From Spirochaetia bacterium (lineage in GTDB: Bacteria > Spirochaetota > Spirochaetia > UBA9216), in contig CAXXYH010000004.1 in NCBI GenBank assembly GCA_963677925.2, positions 1,696,001 to 1,760,000 on the forward strand: 64,000 bases of DNA. Reading direction: 5' to 3'. The notes below the pieces were generated by a model. That model saw nothing but the letters and a program-made list of their open reading frames with translations. It had not been told where the DNA came from and searched no databases. Made by a program: the position numbers and the translations under genes. Positions 38,410-49,123 of this stretch are shown here, piece by piece; positions within the stretch are counted from its first letter, which is position 1, and each line of letters opens with the position of its first letter.

Positions 38410-39549
38410 ATGACTTTTCAAGAAACAAGGGAGCAGACTCTGCTTCGGACAATGGTCCGGAAGTTTGCAGAAAATGAGGTAGAGCCCATTGCAGCAGAAA
38501 TTGATGAAACCGGACGTTTCCCTGATGAAACTGTCGCAAAGATGAAAAAACTGGGACTTTTAAGCATCCCCTTTCCCGTAGAATACAGCGGTGCCGGCGG
38601 GGACAATATCTCTTACGCTATTGCTGTTGAGGAACTCTCCCGTGTCTGCGGAACTACAGGTGTTATCTGCTCTGCACATACATCATTATGCGCATGGCCG
38701 ATATATCACTTTGGAACTGAAGAGCAGAAAAAGAAATACCTTGTGCCGCTATTAAACGGTGAGAAACTCGGAGCTTTCGGCCTCACCGAACCCAACGCCG
38801 GAACTGATGCCGCGGGTCAGCAGACCAGGGCTGTACGCGACGGTGACTCATGGATACTCAATGGATCAAAGATTTTTATCACAAACGGCAGCAAGGCTGA
38901 TACCTATGTAGTTATGGCAATGACTGATAAATCAAAGGGCACCCGTGGAATCAGCGCATTTATAGTTGATGGGAAAACTGAGGGTTTTTCAATAGGCAAG
39001 AAAGAAGACAAGATGGGTATCCGAGCTTCGGCTACATCCGAACTTATCTTTGAAAACTGCCGTGTCCCTGCAGAAAACCTGCTCGGTCAGGAAGGCAAGG
39101 GATTTAAGGTTGCAATGACTACCCTTGACGGCGGACGTATCGGAATTGCCGCTCAGGCTCTGGGAATAGCTCAGGGTGCATTCGATAAAACAGTTGCCTA
39201 CCTTGACCAGAGGAAGCAGTTCGGTATGAAGCTGAATAAGATGCAGGCCCTGCAGTTCGAGATTGCTGATATGAAAACCAGGATCGAGGCTGCAAGACTG
39301 CTTGTTTACAGCGCCGCCTGTAAAAAACAGGAAGGTAAGCCTTATGGAACCGAGGCTGCCATGGCAAAACTTTTCGCATCAGAAACTGCGATGTATGTTA
39401 CTACCAAGGCCGTGCAGCTTCACGGCGGATACGGTTATACAAGGGATTACCCCGTTGAGAGGATGATGCGCGACGCTAAGATTACCGAAATCTATGAAGG
39501 TACATCAGAGGTTCAGAAGATGGTTATTGCAGCCTCTGCGCTGAGATAG
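38410..39549 (+). CDS. bcd: Butyryl-CoA (short-chain acyl-CoA) dehydrogenase
   Basis: FGLTEPNAGTD, KIFITNG, LDGGRIGIAAQALG, GGYGY, EIYEGTSEVQ. Confidence 0.92.
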   Translation: MTFQETREQTLLRTMVRKFAENEVEPIAAEIDETGRFPDETVAKMKKLGLLSIPFPVEYSGAGGDNISYAIAVEELSRVCGTTGVICSAHTSLCAWPIYHFGTEEQKKKYLVPLLNGEKLGAFGLTEPNAGTDAAGQQTRAVRDGDSWILNGSKIFITNGSKADTYVVMAMTDKSKGTRGISAFIVDGKTEGFSIGKKEDKMGIRASATSELIFENCRVPAENLLGQEGKGFKVAMTTLDGGRIGIAAQALGIAQGAFDKTVAYLDQRKQFGMKLNKMQALQFEIADMKTRIEAARLLVYSAACKKQEGKPYGTEAAMAKLFASETAMYVTTKAVQLHGGYGYTRDYPVERMMRDAKITEIYEGTSEVQKMVIAASALR

Positions 39550-39569
39550 CGATTTTTTTTGGAGAAATT

Positions 39570-40358
39570 ATGAAGATTATTGTTTGTGTAAAACAGGTGC
39601 CTGACACCAATGAAGTAAGAATAGATGCTAAAACAGGAACTCTCATCAGGGAGGGGGTTCCATCCATTATGAATAACGACGACGCCAACGCACTTGAAGC
39701 TGCACTTAAGCTGAAGGATGCGGACCCGTCAGTTCATATAACTCTGGTTTCAATGGGCCCTCCGCAGGCCGATGTAATGCTGCGTGAAGGTCTTGCAATG
39801 GGCGCTGATGAGGCTGTTCTGCTTTCAGACAGAGCCTTTGCCGGCTCAGATACCTGGGCAACCTCCAACTGTATATCTGCGGCAATAGAGAAAATAGGCG
39901 ACTACGATCTTATCCTGGCCGGCCGTCAGGCAATCGACGGAGATACAGCCCAGGTCGGCCCCCAGATTGCGGAAAAACTCGGACTTGCTCAGGTGACCTA
40001 TGTTGAGGATTTCGAAGTAGCCGGAGATACACTCAATGTAAAGCGTGCCCTCGAAGACGGTTATGAGATGCTTGAGGTTAAACTTCCATGTCTTTTAACA
40101 GCAATTAAAGAGCTTAATACTCCCCGCTATATGAATGTTGGCGGAATATTTGCAGCTTATAAAAAAGGCATAACTCTATGGTCTGCAGCAGACCTTGGGA
40201 TCTCCTCAGATATAGTAGGGCTTGATGCATCTCCGACAAATGTTTTCAGATCCTTTACTCCTGAACCCAAGGGCAAAGGAAAGATGATTGAAGGTGATAC
40301 ACCCGTCGAGTTGGTTTCCGGACTCATTTCCGAGCTGAAAGCCAAACACTTAGTTTAA
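39570..40358 (+). CDS. etfB: Electron transfer flavoprotein beta subunit
   Basis: [39 protein letters not shown]. Confidence 0.96.
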   Translation: MKIIVCVKQVPDTNEVRIDAKTGTLIREGVPSIMNNDDANALEAALKLKDADPSVHITLVSMGPPQADVMLREGLAMGADEAVLLSDRAFAGSDTWATSNCISAAIEKIGDYDLILAGRQAIDGDTAQVGPQIAEKLGLAQVTYVEDFEVAGDTLNVKRALEDGYEMLEVKLPCLLTAIKELNTPRYMNVGGIFAAYKKGITLWSAADLGISSDIVGLDASPTNVFRSFTPEPKGKGKMIEGDTPVELVSGLISELKAKHLV

Positions 40359-40374
40359 TGAACAGGAGAAGATA

Positions 40375-41562
40375 ATGGCTGTTATAATAATTGAAGATAA
40401 ATGCAGGGGCTGTACCAAATGTGTTAAGGCTTGTCCCTTTGATGCGATAGAAATGCAGGGAAGACTCGCAGTAATCAATGAAAAGTGTACTGCCTGCGGT
40501 CAGTGTATCGAAGCCTGCCCCTTTGATGCGATTGAGAACACTGCCGAGCAAAAGGAGACTGCAGATCTTTCCGCTTACAAGGATGTCTGGGTTTTTGCAG
40601 AACACCGCGGCGGAGAGCTCATGGGTGTGACAATTGAACTGCTTGGTGAGGCCGGCAGACTGGCAAAGCAGCTTGGTGTATCAGTCTGTGCTGTTATTGC
40701 CGGTTCGGATGTAAAACCGATGCTGAGCGAGCTGTCCTCCTTCGGTGCCGAGAAGATCATCACTATTGAGAACCCGCTCCTGGAAAACTTTACCACAGAT
40801 GCCTACACAAAGGTTCTTACAGATGCAGTCCTTGAATATAAACCCGAGATCGTACTTTTCGGTGCTACTCACATCGGCCGTGATCTTGCACCCCGTATTG
40901 CTGCCAGACTTAATACCGGTCTTACAGCTGACTGTACAAAGCTTGAAATTGATACGGAAAACAGAAGACTGCTTCAGACAAGGCCGGCGTTCGGCGGCAA
41001 CCTGATGGCTACAATTGTATGTCCGAAGACCAGGCCCCAGATGTCTACGGTTCGTCCCGGCGTTATGGACAGGCTTGAAAAAGATGAAACCCGTAAGGCT
41101 GAAATAATCGAATTCAAGCCCGTCCTGTCAGCAGCTGATGTAAGGACAAAGGTTAAAGAAATAGTGAAATCAGCTAAAAAGCATGCCTCACTTCTTGATG
41201 CTGAAATAATCTGTGCGGGGGGACGCGGTCTTGGAAGTTCCGAGGGTTTCAAGCTGATCGGTGATCTTGCCGAGGCTGTCGGAGGCACTGTCGGAGCCTC
41301 CAGAGCTGCAGTTGATTCAGGCTGGATAGACCATACCCAGCAGGTCGGTCAGACCGGAACTACAGTTAAACCAAAGATCTACTTTGCATGCGGAATCTCA
41401 GGAGCGATTCAGCATCTAGCCGGTATGCAGACCTCGGACATAATTATTGCGATCAATAAAGACCCCGAGGCTCCGATCTTTGAAGTCGCAGATTACGGTC
41501 TTGTCGGGGATCTTTATAAAATTATTCCCGAACTGATTTCCCAGTGGAACGGAGCTGCATAG
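40375..41562 (+). CDS. etfA: Electron transfer flavoprotein alpha subunit with an N-terminal 2x[4Fe-4S] domain
   Basis: [12 protein letters not shown] and [12 protein letters not shown], then [28 protein letters not shown]. Confidence 0.96.
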   Translation: MAVIIIEDKCRGCTKCVKACPFDAIEMQGRLAVINEKCTACGQCIEACPFDAIENTAEQKETADLSAYKDVWVFAEHRGGELMGVTIELLGEAGRLAKQLGVSVCAVIAGSDVKPMLSELSSFGAEKIITIENPLLENFTTDAYTKVLTDAVLEYKPEIVLFGATHIGRDLAPRIAARLNTGLTADCTKLEIDTENRRLLQTRPAFGGNLMATIVCPKTRPQMSTVRPGVMDRLEKDETRKAEIIEFKPVLSAADVRTKVKEIVKSAKKHASLLDAEIICAGGRGLGSSEGFKLIGDLAEAVGGTVGASRAAVDSGWIDHTQQVGQTGTTVKPKIYFACGISGAIQHLAGMQTSDIIIAINKDPEAPIFEVADYGLVGDLYKIIPELISQWNGAA

Positions 41563-41611
41563 AGCTAATTTCGACAGTGCAGAAATAAATCAAAACAGGC
41601 TGATTTTCGAA

Positions 41612-42295
41612 TCAAATCAGCCCGTGTTCGGAAAAACTGTAGAAACCGGTTTCCGAGATAATCAGATGATCAAGCAGGCCTATCCCCAGGATATCGCCTG
41701 CTTTTTTTAACCTCTCAGTAAGCTCAATATCCTCCCGGCTCGGCTCGGTATTACCCGATGGATGGTTGTGTGCACAGATGATTCCCGCTGCATGTTCCTT
41801 AATAGGATCAGCAAAAACTTCACGGGGGTGTACTATAGTCCGGTTAAGCGTTCCTATAGACACAACCCTCAGTGCAATCACCTCATGAGCGCCGTTAAGT
41901 GAAATACAGAGAAAATGCTCTTTTTTGCTCGATGCGTAATAGTAAAGCAGGGGAGCTGCATCGGCAGGTGATGAGATCCGTTTGGCAAGAGGTTTGATTC
42001 TTCTTCTGGCAAACTCAATTGCCGCTGAAAGCTGGGCTGTTTTAGCCGTTCCAAGCCCGTTTACCCTCATTAAGGTTTCAGGCATTACTGTATCAACCGG
42101 ATTTTCATTATACAGTTCCAGAACTGACTGCGAAAGCTTGATAACATTATTTCCCTTTGAGCCTGATCCCAGCATTATCGCCATAAGCTGAATATCACTA
42201 AGGTATTCCGGGCCGTGTTCAAAAAGCAGTTCCCGCGGCCTCTCAGATTTTGGAAGTGCTGAAATATCGGGGTATGTATCGGTATAGAAGTTCAT
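41612..42295 (-). CDS. radC: RadC/JAB domain protein
   Basis: ERPRE, HPREVF, HNHPSG..EPS..D, LLDHLII. Start at ATG 42295, or 42322. Confidence 0.93.
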   Translation of the reverse strand: MNFYTDTYPDISALPKSERPRELLFEHGPEYLSDIQLMAIMLGSGSKGNNVIKLSQSVLELYNENPVDTVMPETLMRVNGLGTAKTAQLSAAIEFARRRIKPLAKRISSPADAAPLLYYYASSKKEHFLCISLNGAHEVIALRVVSIGTLNRTIVHPREVFADPIKEHAAGIICAHNHPSGNTEPSREDIELTERLKKAGDILGIGLLDHLIISETGFYSFSEHGLI

Positions 42296-42429
42296 ACAGC
42301 ACAACAATCCCTGTTTATTCACGCTGATTCAGTTAATGCTGTCAGTTTCATAATGTTCAATTGTTTCGAAGCCGGGATTTTAGTGTTATATTCTTTATTG
42401 TTAATAAAATACTAAAAGTGAGGATTATA

Positions 42430-45228
42430 ATGTTTATATCTCAAAAAACCCGGAAACTTACGCAGATTGCGGCAGTTCTTATTTCTTCATTAATTCTTAT
42501 TTCATGTCCTGACCTTGATATTCCTGAAGCGGTGTCTGTTGATGTAAGTTTTAACTTAAGCGGTTCAGACGGATATTTCAGTCAGGCTTCTTTCTCTGCA
42601 GAAACATCAAGTATATCTCTTAATGCCCCGTCTGGACTTGAATCTATCGATATTGAACTGGAATCAGATCCTGAAGGCTTGAGTATTAAGATTAATGATG
42701 AGGAACTGATAGCCGGTTCAGCGGTTACAGTTCCAATCAGTGACGGTACCAATGTGATTACAATCGAAGTTACTCCTACCGGCGGAGATGCCGTAAAATA
42801 TACGCTCAATATAACAAAGGCTGCTCCATCAGATGATGCGGATTTATCCGATCTTGAACTCAGCATCGGCACGCTTTCTCCTTCCTTTTCTGCAGATGTC
42901 TTTGTTTACACTGCAAGTGTATCAACAGCTACTAATGCAGTTACAGTAACTCCAAGCCTTAATGATGAAGATGCAGCAGTTACGGTTGACGGTACAACTG
43001 TTGCTTCCGGAGCCTCATCCGATTCTTTGAGTCTTGAAGTCGGGGCGAATGAAATATCTGTTGTAGTAACTGCAGAGGATGGTAAAGCCACCAGGACCTA
43101 CACAATCACAATCACTCGTCTTGCCGAAACTGATTCTGAACCGCCGGTGATTACTCTGATTGGTGATGAAAACATGACTGTTGCATCAGGAAGCTCCTTT
43201 ACCGACCCTGGAGCAAATGTAAGCGATAACCTTGACGGCAGCTGGGTTATTTATTCAGAAGATGAAGTTGACACCTCTGTGGTAGGGGATTATGCACTCA
43301 GATATAATGCATCTGACAGCGACGGCAATGATGCTGTCGAGGTAATCAGAACAGTTACTGTAGAAGCTGCTGCTGATCCTATAGAATTGGCTGAGTATTT
43401 TTATTGGAACCCGGATGAGGAAGACTATATACATTTTAAACTGGGTGACGGAATATACACTATTAACAGTCAGACTGATGGGCAGATCGATTCGGGAAGT
43501 ATTTACAGCTACAGTAATGATGAAAAACGTGCTGTTTTATACAGCACCTCCAATGACTGGTATTTAAGGATTGTCTGGTCTGACTTCTCAAGCGGTAGTT
43601 TCACAAATACACTGTACGGCGTTTTCGATACTGCTGCAGAGGCTGCAAGCGGGACTTATGGTGAAGCTCAGTTTGAAGCATATACTTCACCTGAATATGT
43701 CCCGCCCATGCTGGTCCTAAACGGAGATGCATCGGTTACCATAGAACAGGGTGAGGCCTGGACAGACCCTGGTGCAGTTGCATATGACTGGGGCTCTGAT
43801 CCTGAAACCGTAATTCCGGACGGTGAAGACCTTGACGGTCTGGATAAGGATAACCCTTCAGCCGGCAGTTATACAATTACTTATTATTTTGAAGATGATG
43901 ATTTAAACTCCGATACGCTTGAAAGACAGGTTGATGTAATTATTCCGGCTACAAACGACTGGGGATTTACCGGAGGCTATACTCTTGACGGCACAATAGA
44001 CTTTTCTGCGTTAAGCAGCAGGGATGATGTTCAGTTTCTGGGAATCTTTGTTCAGGGGATGGAAGGTCCTGAATACCTGGCTCATTCAATTCCTCAGTCT
44101 GTGTTTACTGGTTATGAAGCCGATTACAGCATCATTAATCTTGAACCCGGAGCACAATACAGCGTCATAATTTATGCAGTTGGGCCTTCAAATGAGACTC
44201 TCTCATATAATACCTCCGTTCTGCAGTCAGATGAATCATTAATCAGAGATTATAGTCTTAGAGCTGCAAATGACTGGGGGTATTCCGGAGGGAATGAACT
44301 CAACGGAACAATTGATTTCAGCGGCATGCTTGCTCCTTCGGCTGTTGAAGAGATAACTGTACATTTGCAGCCTGAAGATGATGCAATGGTTTATATAAAC
44401 TATCCCCTCTCATCTGATGATTTTGACGGATATTCCGTGGACTATAGTTTTATCAACCTTGAACCCGGTGTTGAATATGAAGTCAGTGCCATGATTTTTG
44501 ATGATCAGAACTATGCTTATTGGCGGGATAGTGAAACTTTCGTTTCAAGCGGGACGCAAACTGAGGACCTGTATATTTTTGATCCGAATGATCTAAGGCA
44601 TGACGGAGGGGGAGACCTGAGCGGAAGCATAGATATTAGCAGATTATCTTTTGCCGATGACGCTAACTATATTGTTATTCAATTGACAGGTAAGACCAAT
44701 GGCGATTTGCTTCGTCATACCCTCAGGCCTCCTTTTGCAGGCTCCACTGTGGACTACGAAGTTTTAAATTTTGATCCTGATGATGAGTATAATCTGCTTG
44801 TTTATACTGATGACGATGCAGGCAATCATGCTTCTGTCAGTAAGTTTGATCTGAGTATTCCCGTATCAGGGCTGGAACTTGATCTTGAAATCATGGATCC
44901 CGATAACTGGGGGGCAACAGGAGGTACACTCAGCGGTGAAATAGATTTCAGCGGGGTGTCATTTGCAGCTGATGTAAACTATGTTTACATTATTATGTCC
45001 TATACTGAAAACGGTGAATATTTCAGCCGTACCTTAACTTTTTATACAGACGATTTCAGCGGTCAATCTGTTTCCTACAGCTTTCACAATACCGATCCGG
45101 CACGAACTGATTATGAGCTCAGTGTGGGGGTGTGGGACAATGAAAATATGGATTCTGCATCAGCCTCGGCAAGCAGCATTCAGATCCCTTCCGGCGGATT
45201 GACATATAATTTTACGGTTACAGAGTAA
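42430..45228 (+). CDS. Large surface lipoprotein: cadherin-like sandwiches, two DUF5011-like Ig domains and four ~105-aa repeats
   Basis: Lipobox LISC; VTAEDG..TRTYTITI; PPVITLIG..DPGA twice; very acidic. Start at ATG 42430. Confidence 0.82.
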   Translation: MFISQKTRKLTQIAAVLISSLILISCPDLDIPEAVSVDVSFNLSGSDGYFSQASFSAETSSISLNAPSGLESIDIELESDPEGLSIKINDEELIAGSAVTVPISDGTNVITIEVTPTGGDAVKYTLNITKAAPSDDADLSDLELSIGTLSPSFSADVFVYTASVSTATNAVTVTPSLNDEDAAVTVDGTTVASGASSDSLSLEVGANEISVVVTAEDGKATRTYTITITRLAETDSEPPVITLIGDENMTVASGSSFTDPGANVSDNLDGSWVIYSEDEVDTSVVGDYALRYNASDSDGNDAVEVIRTVTVEAAADPIELAEYFYWNPDEEDYIHFKLGDGIYTINSQTDGQIDSGSIYSYSNDEKRAVLYSTSNDWYLRIVWSDFSSGSFTNTLYGVFDTAAEAASGTYGEAQFEAYTSPEYVPPMLVLNGDASVTIEQGEAWTDPGAVAYDWGSDPETVIPDGEDLDGLDKDNPSAGSYTITYYFEDDDLNSDTLERQVDVIIPATNDWGFTGGYTLDGTIDFSALSSRDDVQFLGIFVQGMEGPEYLAHSIPQSVFTGYEADYSIINLEPGAQYSVIIYAVGPSNETLSYNTSVLQSDESLIRDYSLRAANDWGYSGGNELNGTIDFSGMLAPSAVEEITVHLQPEDDAMVYINYPLSSDDFDGYSVDYSFINLEPGVEYEVSAMIFDDQNYAYWRDSETFVSSGTQTEDLYIFDPNDLRHDGGGDLSGSIDISRLSFADDANYIVIQLTGKTNGDLLRHTLRPPFAGSTVDYEVLNFDPDDEYNLLVYTDDDAGNHASVSKFDLSIPVSGLELDLEIMDPDNWGATGGTLSGEIDFSGVSFAADVNYVYIIMSYTENGEYFSRTLTFYTDDFSGQSVSYSFHNTDPARTDYELSVGVWDNENMDSASASASSIQIPSGGLTYNFTVTE
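43954..45225 (+). repeat. Four degenerate ~315-bp coding repeats
   Basis: Units begin at 43954, 44269, 44587 and 44902 with NDWG..GG..L.G.IDFS-like motifs. Confidence 0.8.
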
Positions 45229-45259
45229 GGTTTTCTGTATCGTTTAATAGAGTATTTTT

Positions 45260-45291
45260 AAGCCCGTTCTGAATACAGGATGGGCTTTTTA
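45260..45291 (+). terminator. Rho-independent terminator
   Basis: AAGCCCGTTCT...AGGATGGGCTT hairpin followed by TTT. Confidence 0.75.
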
Positions 45292-45418
45292 ATATTTAGA
45301 TTCAGTCAGCTGACTCTTATTTCCACATCCATAATATTTCCGGTGTAAGATTAGAATTTGCATATCAGCCTCAGGAACACTATCTTTTAATTATGACCTG
45401 TTTAATAAGGCTGCAGCC

Positions 45419-46762
45419 ATGCTGAGGAGTGTAAGCAGGAGGTATCTCCTTTATTCTGTCAGCTTCGGATTTCTAATGGGAATAATTTTTCCTCTATACA
45501 CTTCGCTTTTTACCGAGTTTAAAAGCAGAACATCAATGTTAATTTATGTTGCAGGCTGTATAGCTGCAGGAATAACAGTCGGGCTTGTTTCCTACCTGAT
45601 AGGAAAAAAAACAATTTTCAGGGTGATAAAAATAATCTCCATGCAGATGCAGGATATATCCAGGAATAGGGGCGATCTTACCGCAAGTGTTGAGCTTGAA
45701 TCAGACGACGAACTTGGAATGCTCACAGAGAACTTCAACGGATTTATACAGAATCTGAGGCTGATGCTGAATTCCATCAAAGATGCACTGAACAGGGTTT
45801 CTGAAATAGGGATGGGGCTGAATTCTCTGGGGGCGCAAACCGGAAGCAGAAATCAGGAGCTGATTTTAAAGATAGCAAAACTGTCCGGTGAACTTGAAGC
45901 TCTTGATGCCGATGTTGTTGAATCAAGAAGGAATACAGGAGAGTTATCCTGTTTTACCTCGGAAGTCCAGAGACTCATTATACATATTTCTGAATCTTCA
46001 CAGACTATGGAAAATGTAATTACACTGATTAATGAAATGCCTGAAAATATATTAAAAAATCTGAACACTCTGACAATGCTTGAAAAGGTAGCCGTTTCAG
46101 GTACTGAATCAATGAATTTAACTATCGAGAATATAAAAATGATTGCAAACTCAACTTCGATAATTCTGGAAATGATAAATGTAATCAACGCTATTGCCGC
46201 GCAGACGAATCTTCTGGCAATGAATGCTGCAATAGAAGCCGCTCATGCCGGTGATTCCGGTAAGGGATTTGCTGTAGTAGCTGATGAAATAAGAAAACTT
46301 GCAGAGAATACCGCTTCCAATGCAAAGAAAATCAGCGGCTCACTTAAAGAGATATCAGAATATATCAATCATTCCAAGGAAAACTCATCGGCTACCGGTG
46401 AGAAGTTTCAAAGTCTGCTCAGCGGTATTCAAAATACTCTATATGATATTTCAAATTTCAGGGACAGTATTTCAAGTCTTGCAGATAAAAGCAGTACTGA
46501 GCTGTCAATTCTCGATAACCTTCTTGATTCATCCAGCCGCGTAAAAAACAGCTCAGATCTGATAAACGTAAGTATTTCAACAATTCAGAAATCACTCTCA
46601 GGGATAGGAAATATTTCAGACAGTATCAAATCAGATTTTCCGGCGATTGAAACGGAGATAGAATCCATATCCGCTGACATAGAAGATTTCATTGCGACAG
46701 CGAACAAAAATGAATCAAATGTTGAAGAAGTTCAGAATTTGATTGGAAAATTCAAAACATGA
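45419..46762 (+). CDS. Methyl-accepting chemotaxis protein
   Basis: Two TM segments, [38 protein letters not shown]. Confidence 0.93.
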   Translation: MLRSVSRRYLLYSVSFGFLMGIIFPLYTSLFTEFKSRTSMLIYVAGCIAAGITVGLVSYLIGKKTIFRVIKIISMQMQDISRNRGDLTASVELESDDELGMLTENFNGFIQNLRLMLNSIKDALNRVSEIGMGLNSLGAQTGSRNQELILKIAKLSGELEALDADVVESRRNTGELSCFTSEVQRLIIHISESSQTMENVITLINEMPENILKNLNTLTMLEKVAVSGTESMNLTIENIKMIANSTSIILEMINVINAIAAQTNLLAMNAAIEAAHAGDSGKGFAVVADEIRKLAENTASNAKKISGSLKEISEYINHSKENSSATGEKFQSLLSGIQNTLYDISNFRDSISSLADKSSTELSILDNLLDSSSRVKNSSDLINVSISTIQKSLSGIGNISDSIKSDFPAIETEIESISADIEDFIATANKNESNVEEVQNLIGKFKT

Positions 46763-46820
46763 AAAAGCGGAGAACAGCCCTGGAGGGCTTCCCCGCTTCA
46801 AACCACCATGTCCTGAAATA

Positions 46821-47174
46821 TCAGCTTGCCTTAATCTCAATTTTTCTCGGCTTTTCAGATTCCTTTATTGAAAGTACAACATTAAGGATTCCGTTCTTAA
46901 TTTCCGCATCAATCTTGTCGCGGTCTATGGTGTTGTCAATGGTGAAGACGTGATGGTAATCTCCTTCCCGTATTTCACGTATCCGGAACTCTCCGTCCGG
47001 ATGCCGGAGTTCTTTTCTTCCTGAAATAAACAGTTTGTTATCGTCTACCTTTATTTCAAGATCGTCTTTTGACACTCCTGGCATTTCCATTGTCAGATAA
47101 ACCTTTCCTTCCTGCTCAAAGATATCACAGCACGCGGAAAGTCTGTTTTTTGATACTTTAGTTGCTTCAGCCAT
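46821..47174 (-). CDS. Hsp20 small heat-shock protein
   Basis: EMPGVSK, AEIKNGIL, KPRKIEI. Confidence 0.92.
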   Translation of the reverse strand: MAEATKVSKNRLSACCDIFEQEGKVYLTMEMPGVSKDDLEIKVDDNKLFISGRKELRHPDGEFRIREIREGDYHHVFTIDNTIDRDKIDAEIKNGILNVVLSIKESEKPRKIEIKAS

Positions 47175-47183
47175 AATATCCTC

Positions 47184-47645
47184 CTATTTTACTTTTACGG
47201 CAATCTGCTTTGCCTTCATTTCTTCTTTTTTCGGAACATTTATTGTCAGTATTCCGTTAGAAAGTTCTGCTTTAATTTTTTCGGAATCAATGCTTTCAGG
47301 CATTGAAAGAGTCCGCTGAAATGAGCCGCTCCAGCTCTCCTTCTTGTACAGCTTTCCTTTTTCCTTTACCTCATTTTTGCCTTTCTTCTCACCTTTAATA
47401 GTTATAATGTTTGAAGTAATGCTAAGATCGATGTCTTTCTGTTCAAGTCCGGGCAGTTCACAGATAATTGAAAAATCATGTTCACTTTCAATTATGTCTA
47501 CTGAGGGAGATACACTTCGGTCAAAAAGTCCGGCATTCTCGCTGCGGGGACCGACATCAAAAAGATCATTGATCTCGTTCTGAAGTTTTTGCAGATCCGC
47601 CCAGGGATCATAGGGTGTTCGCTCTTTCCATCTTACAAGTGCCAT
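47184..47645 (-). CDS. Hsp20 small heat-shock protein
   Basis: PSVDIIE, ELPG, GSFQR, AELSNGIL. Confidence 0.94.
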   Translation of the reverse strand: MALVRWKERTPYDPWADLQKLQNEINDLFDVGPRSENAGLFDRSVSPSVDIIESEHDFSIICELPGLEQKDIDLSITSNIITIKGEKKGKNEVKEKGKLYKKESWSGSFQRTLSMPESIDSEKIKAELSNGILTINVPKKEEMKAKQIAVKVK

Positions 47646-47680
47646 AATATATACCTCCTGAATTGGTGTTACTTACATAT

Positions 47681-47697
47681 TGCATAATGTGTGCCAA
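47681..47697 (-). promoter_or_regulatory. sigma54 (-24/-12) promoter of the hsp20 pair
   Basis: Minus strand reads TTGGCACACATTATGCA, an exact GG-N10-GC spacing, about 35 bp upstream of the ATG. Confidence 0.78.
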
Positions 47698-47898
47698 AAA
47701 ATAGCATAGATTCTGAAAAATGTTTAAGTTCTTATATAGCAATTATTTATGGAAATCGAACTGAAGAAAATCTTCCAGGAGTACCGACTATTTTAAAATT
47801 ATTTCAGGGAAAAATGACGCAATTTTGCTGTAAAATTGTGTCAAAATGACTCTTTTTGCAGTCCAAGTTATGTTCAATATTGTTCAAATTGACACGGT

Positions 47899-48984
47899 TT
47901 AAGAACTGATTCTGTCAATTTTGTCCTGCAGTCCTGCTTTGTGAAGAAGTTCAGCAGAGCTTTGCAAAGGATTTTCACCCTTTGAAAGCAGATCAGCCGT
48001 ATGCAGGATTGCTACTCCCTGAAGGAACTCTCCGGTGTACTCAGAAGGGATCCGGTAATATTCTATAGGATCGGTGATAGAAAGCGGGAAGCCCCATAGT
48101 TTCAGCAGGTATGCTCCGGCCTTTTCTTTTGTAGCTTCGCTGAGTTTTTCAAGTTCGGGATTGCCGGAAATCATCTGGCTGCTCGTTTCGCGAAGTCCGC
48201 CTGCAATTCTTATATAACCGGAGGCTGACGGATCCTCTATATCAGATATCAGCTCCTCTATGTACTTACCGAATTTGATATTGCTGCTGTCTCTATTAAC
48301 AGTGCTGCTTGTGTACGGATCAAATATATTGATATTAAGAACAAGAGCTTTAAGAATCTCTGTACCCAGAAGATTGACTGCGTCATAAATTGAATAGATG
48401 TCTCTCTTAAATCCGAAAAAAGCTGAATAATTCAGCTGAAGCAGTTTCGTGGAGATACCCAGATCTTCTGCCACAATTTCTGAAATCTCATCTATTGAAA
48501 TCTCTTCCTGCTCGAGCTTGTTTTTCAGTCTGCTAAGGACTTCCTGATTCACAGGGACCGAAGTAATAGCGGCTATCGGCTGTATCAGATTTTCCGATTC
48601 TTCAGCATCCAGAAGACTGCATGACTGAGTGATTATCTTTTCAAGCAGCTCTACGTCGCAGGGTTTTGCCAGATATTGATGTGCAGTCTCTGTAACCGAC
48701 AGGATCATATCAAGATCGGAATATCCTGAGAGGATAATTCGTATAATACTGCTGTCGATTTCCTTAATGCGTTTAAGAAGCTCAACTCCATCCATTTCCG
48801 GCATTCGCATATCAGATACAATGATCTCAATTTTCTGCTGATTTATGATTCTAAGAGCTTCTTCTCCGCTGATGGCAAAACTCATGTCCCAGATATTATT
48901 CTTTGTTCGGAGCAGCCTTTTCAGGCTGTTAAGTATATTCGGTTCATCGTCTACAAATAGAATTTTTCGTTTCTCGGATACCAT
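47899..48984 (-). CDS. Response regulator with HDOD-like domain
   Basis: FVDDE, SDMRMP, LSG, AKP; DLGISTKLLQLNYSAFFG. Confidence 0.88.
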   Translation of the reverse strand: MVSEKRKILFVDDEPNILNSLKRLLRTKNNIWDMSFAISGEEALRIINQQKIEIIVSDMRMPEMDGVELLKRIKEIDSSIIRIILSGYSDLDMILSVTETAHQYLAKPCDVELLEKIITQSCSLLDAEESENLIQPIAAITSVPVNQEVLSRLKNKLEQEEISIDEISEIVAEDLGISTKLLQLNYSAFFGFKRDIYSIYDAVNLLGTEILKALVLNINIFDPYTSSTVNRDSSNIKFGKYIEELISDIEDPSASGYIRIAGGLRETSSQMISGNPELEKLSEATKEKAGAYLLKLWGFPLSITDPIEYYRIPSEYTGEFLQGVAILHTADLLSKGENPLQSSAELLHKAGLQDKIDRISS

Positions 48985-49123
48985 ATCGACCCCGTAAAAA
49001 TATATGCTGCTTGTATTAATTATATTTCACAGACTTTCAGAAGCAAGTGCAGGATGTAAAAAGACCCGACAAAATGATTGCAACTATACTTTTTTATGTG
49101 TATAAAAAGATCCGGAGATAGAC

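Noticed and set aside
41612-45228. radC as a marker of an integrated mobile element
   Set aside because: Full-length chromosomal-type RadC; no integrase, att repeats or tRNA nearby.
46759-46953. 64-aa plus-strand ORF after the MCP
   Set aside because: Mostly antisense to hsp20, with no motif support.
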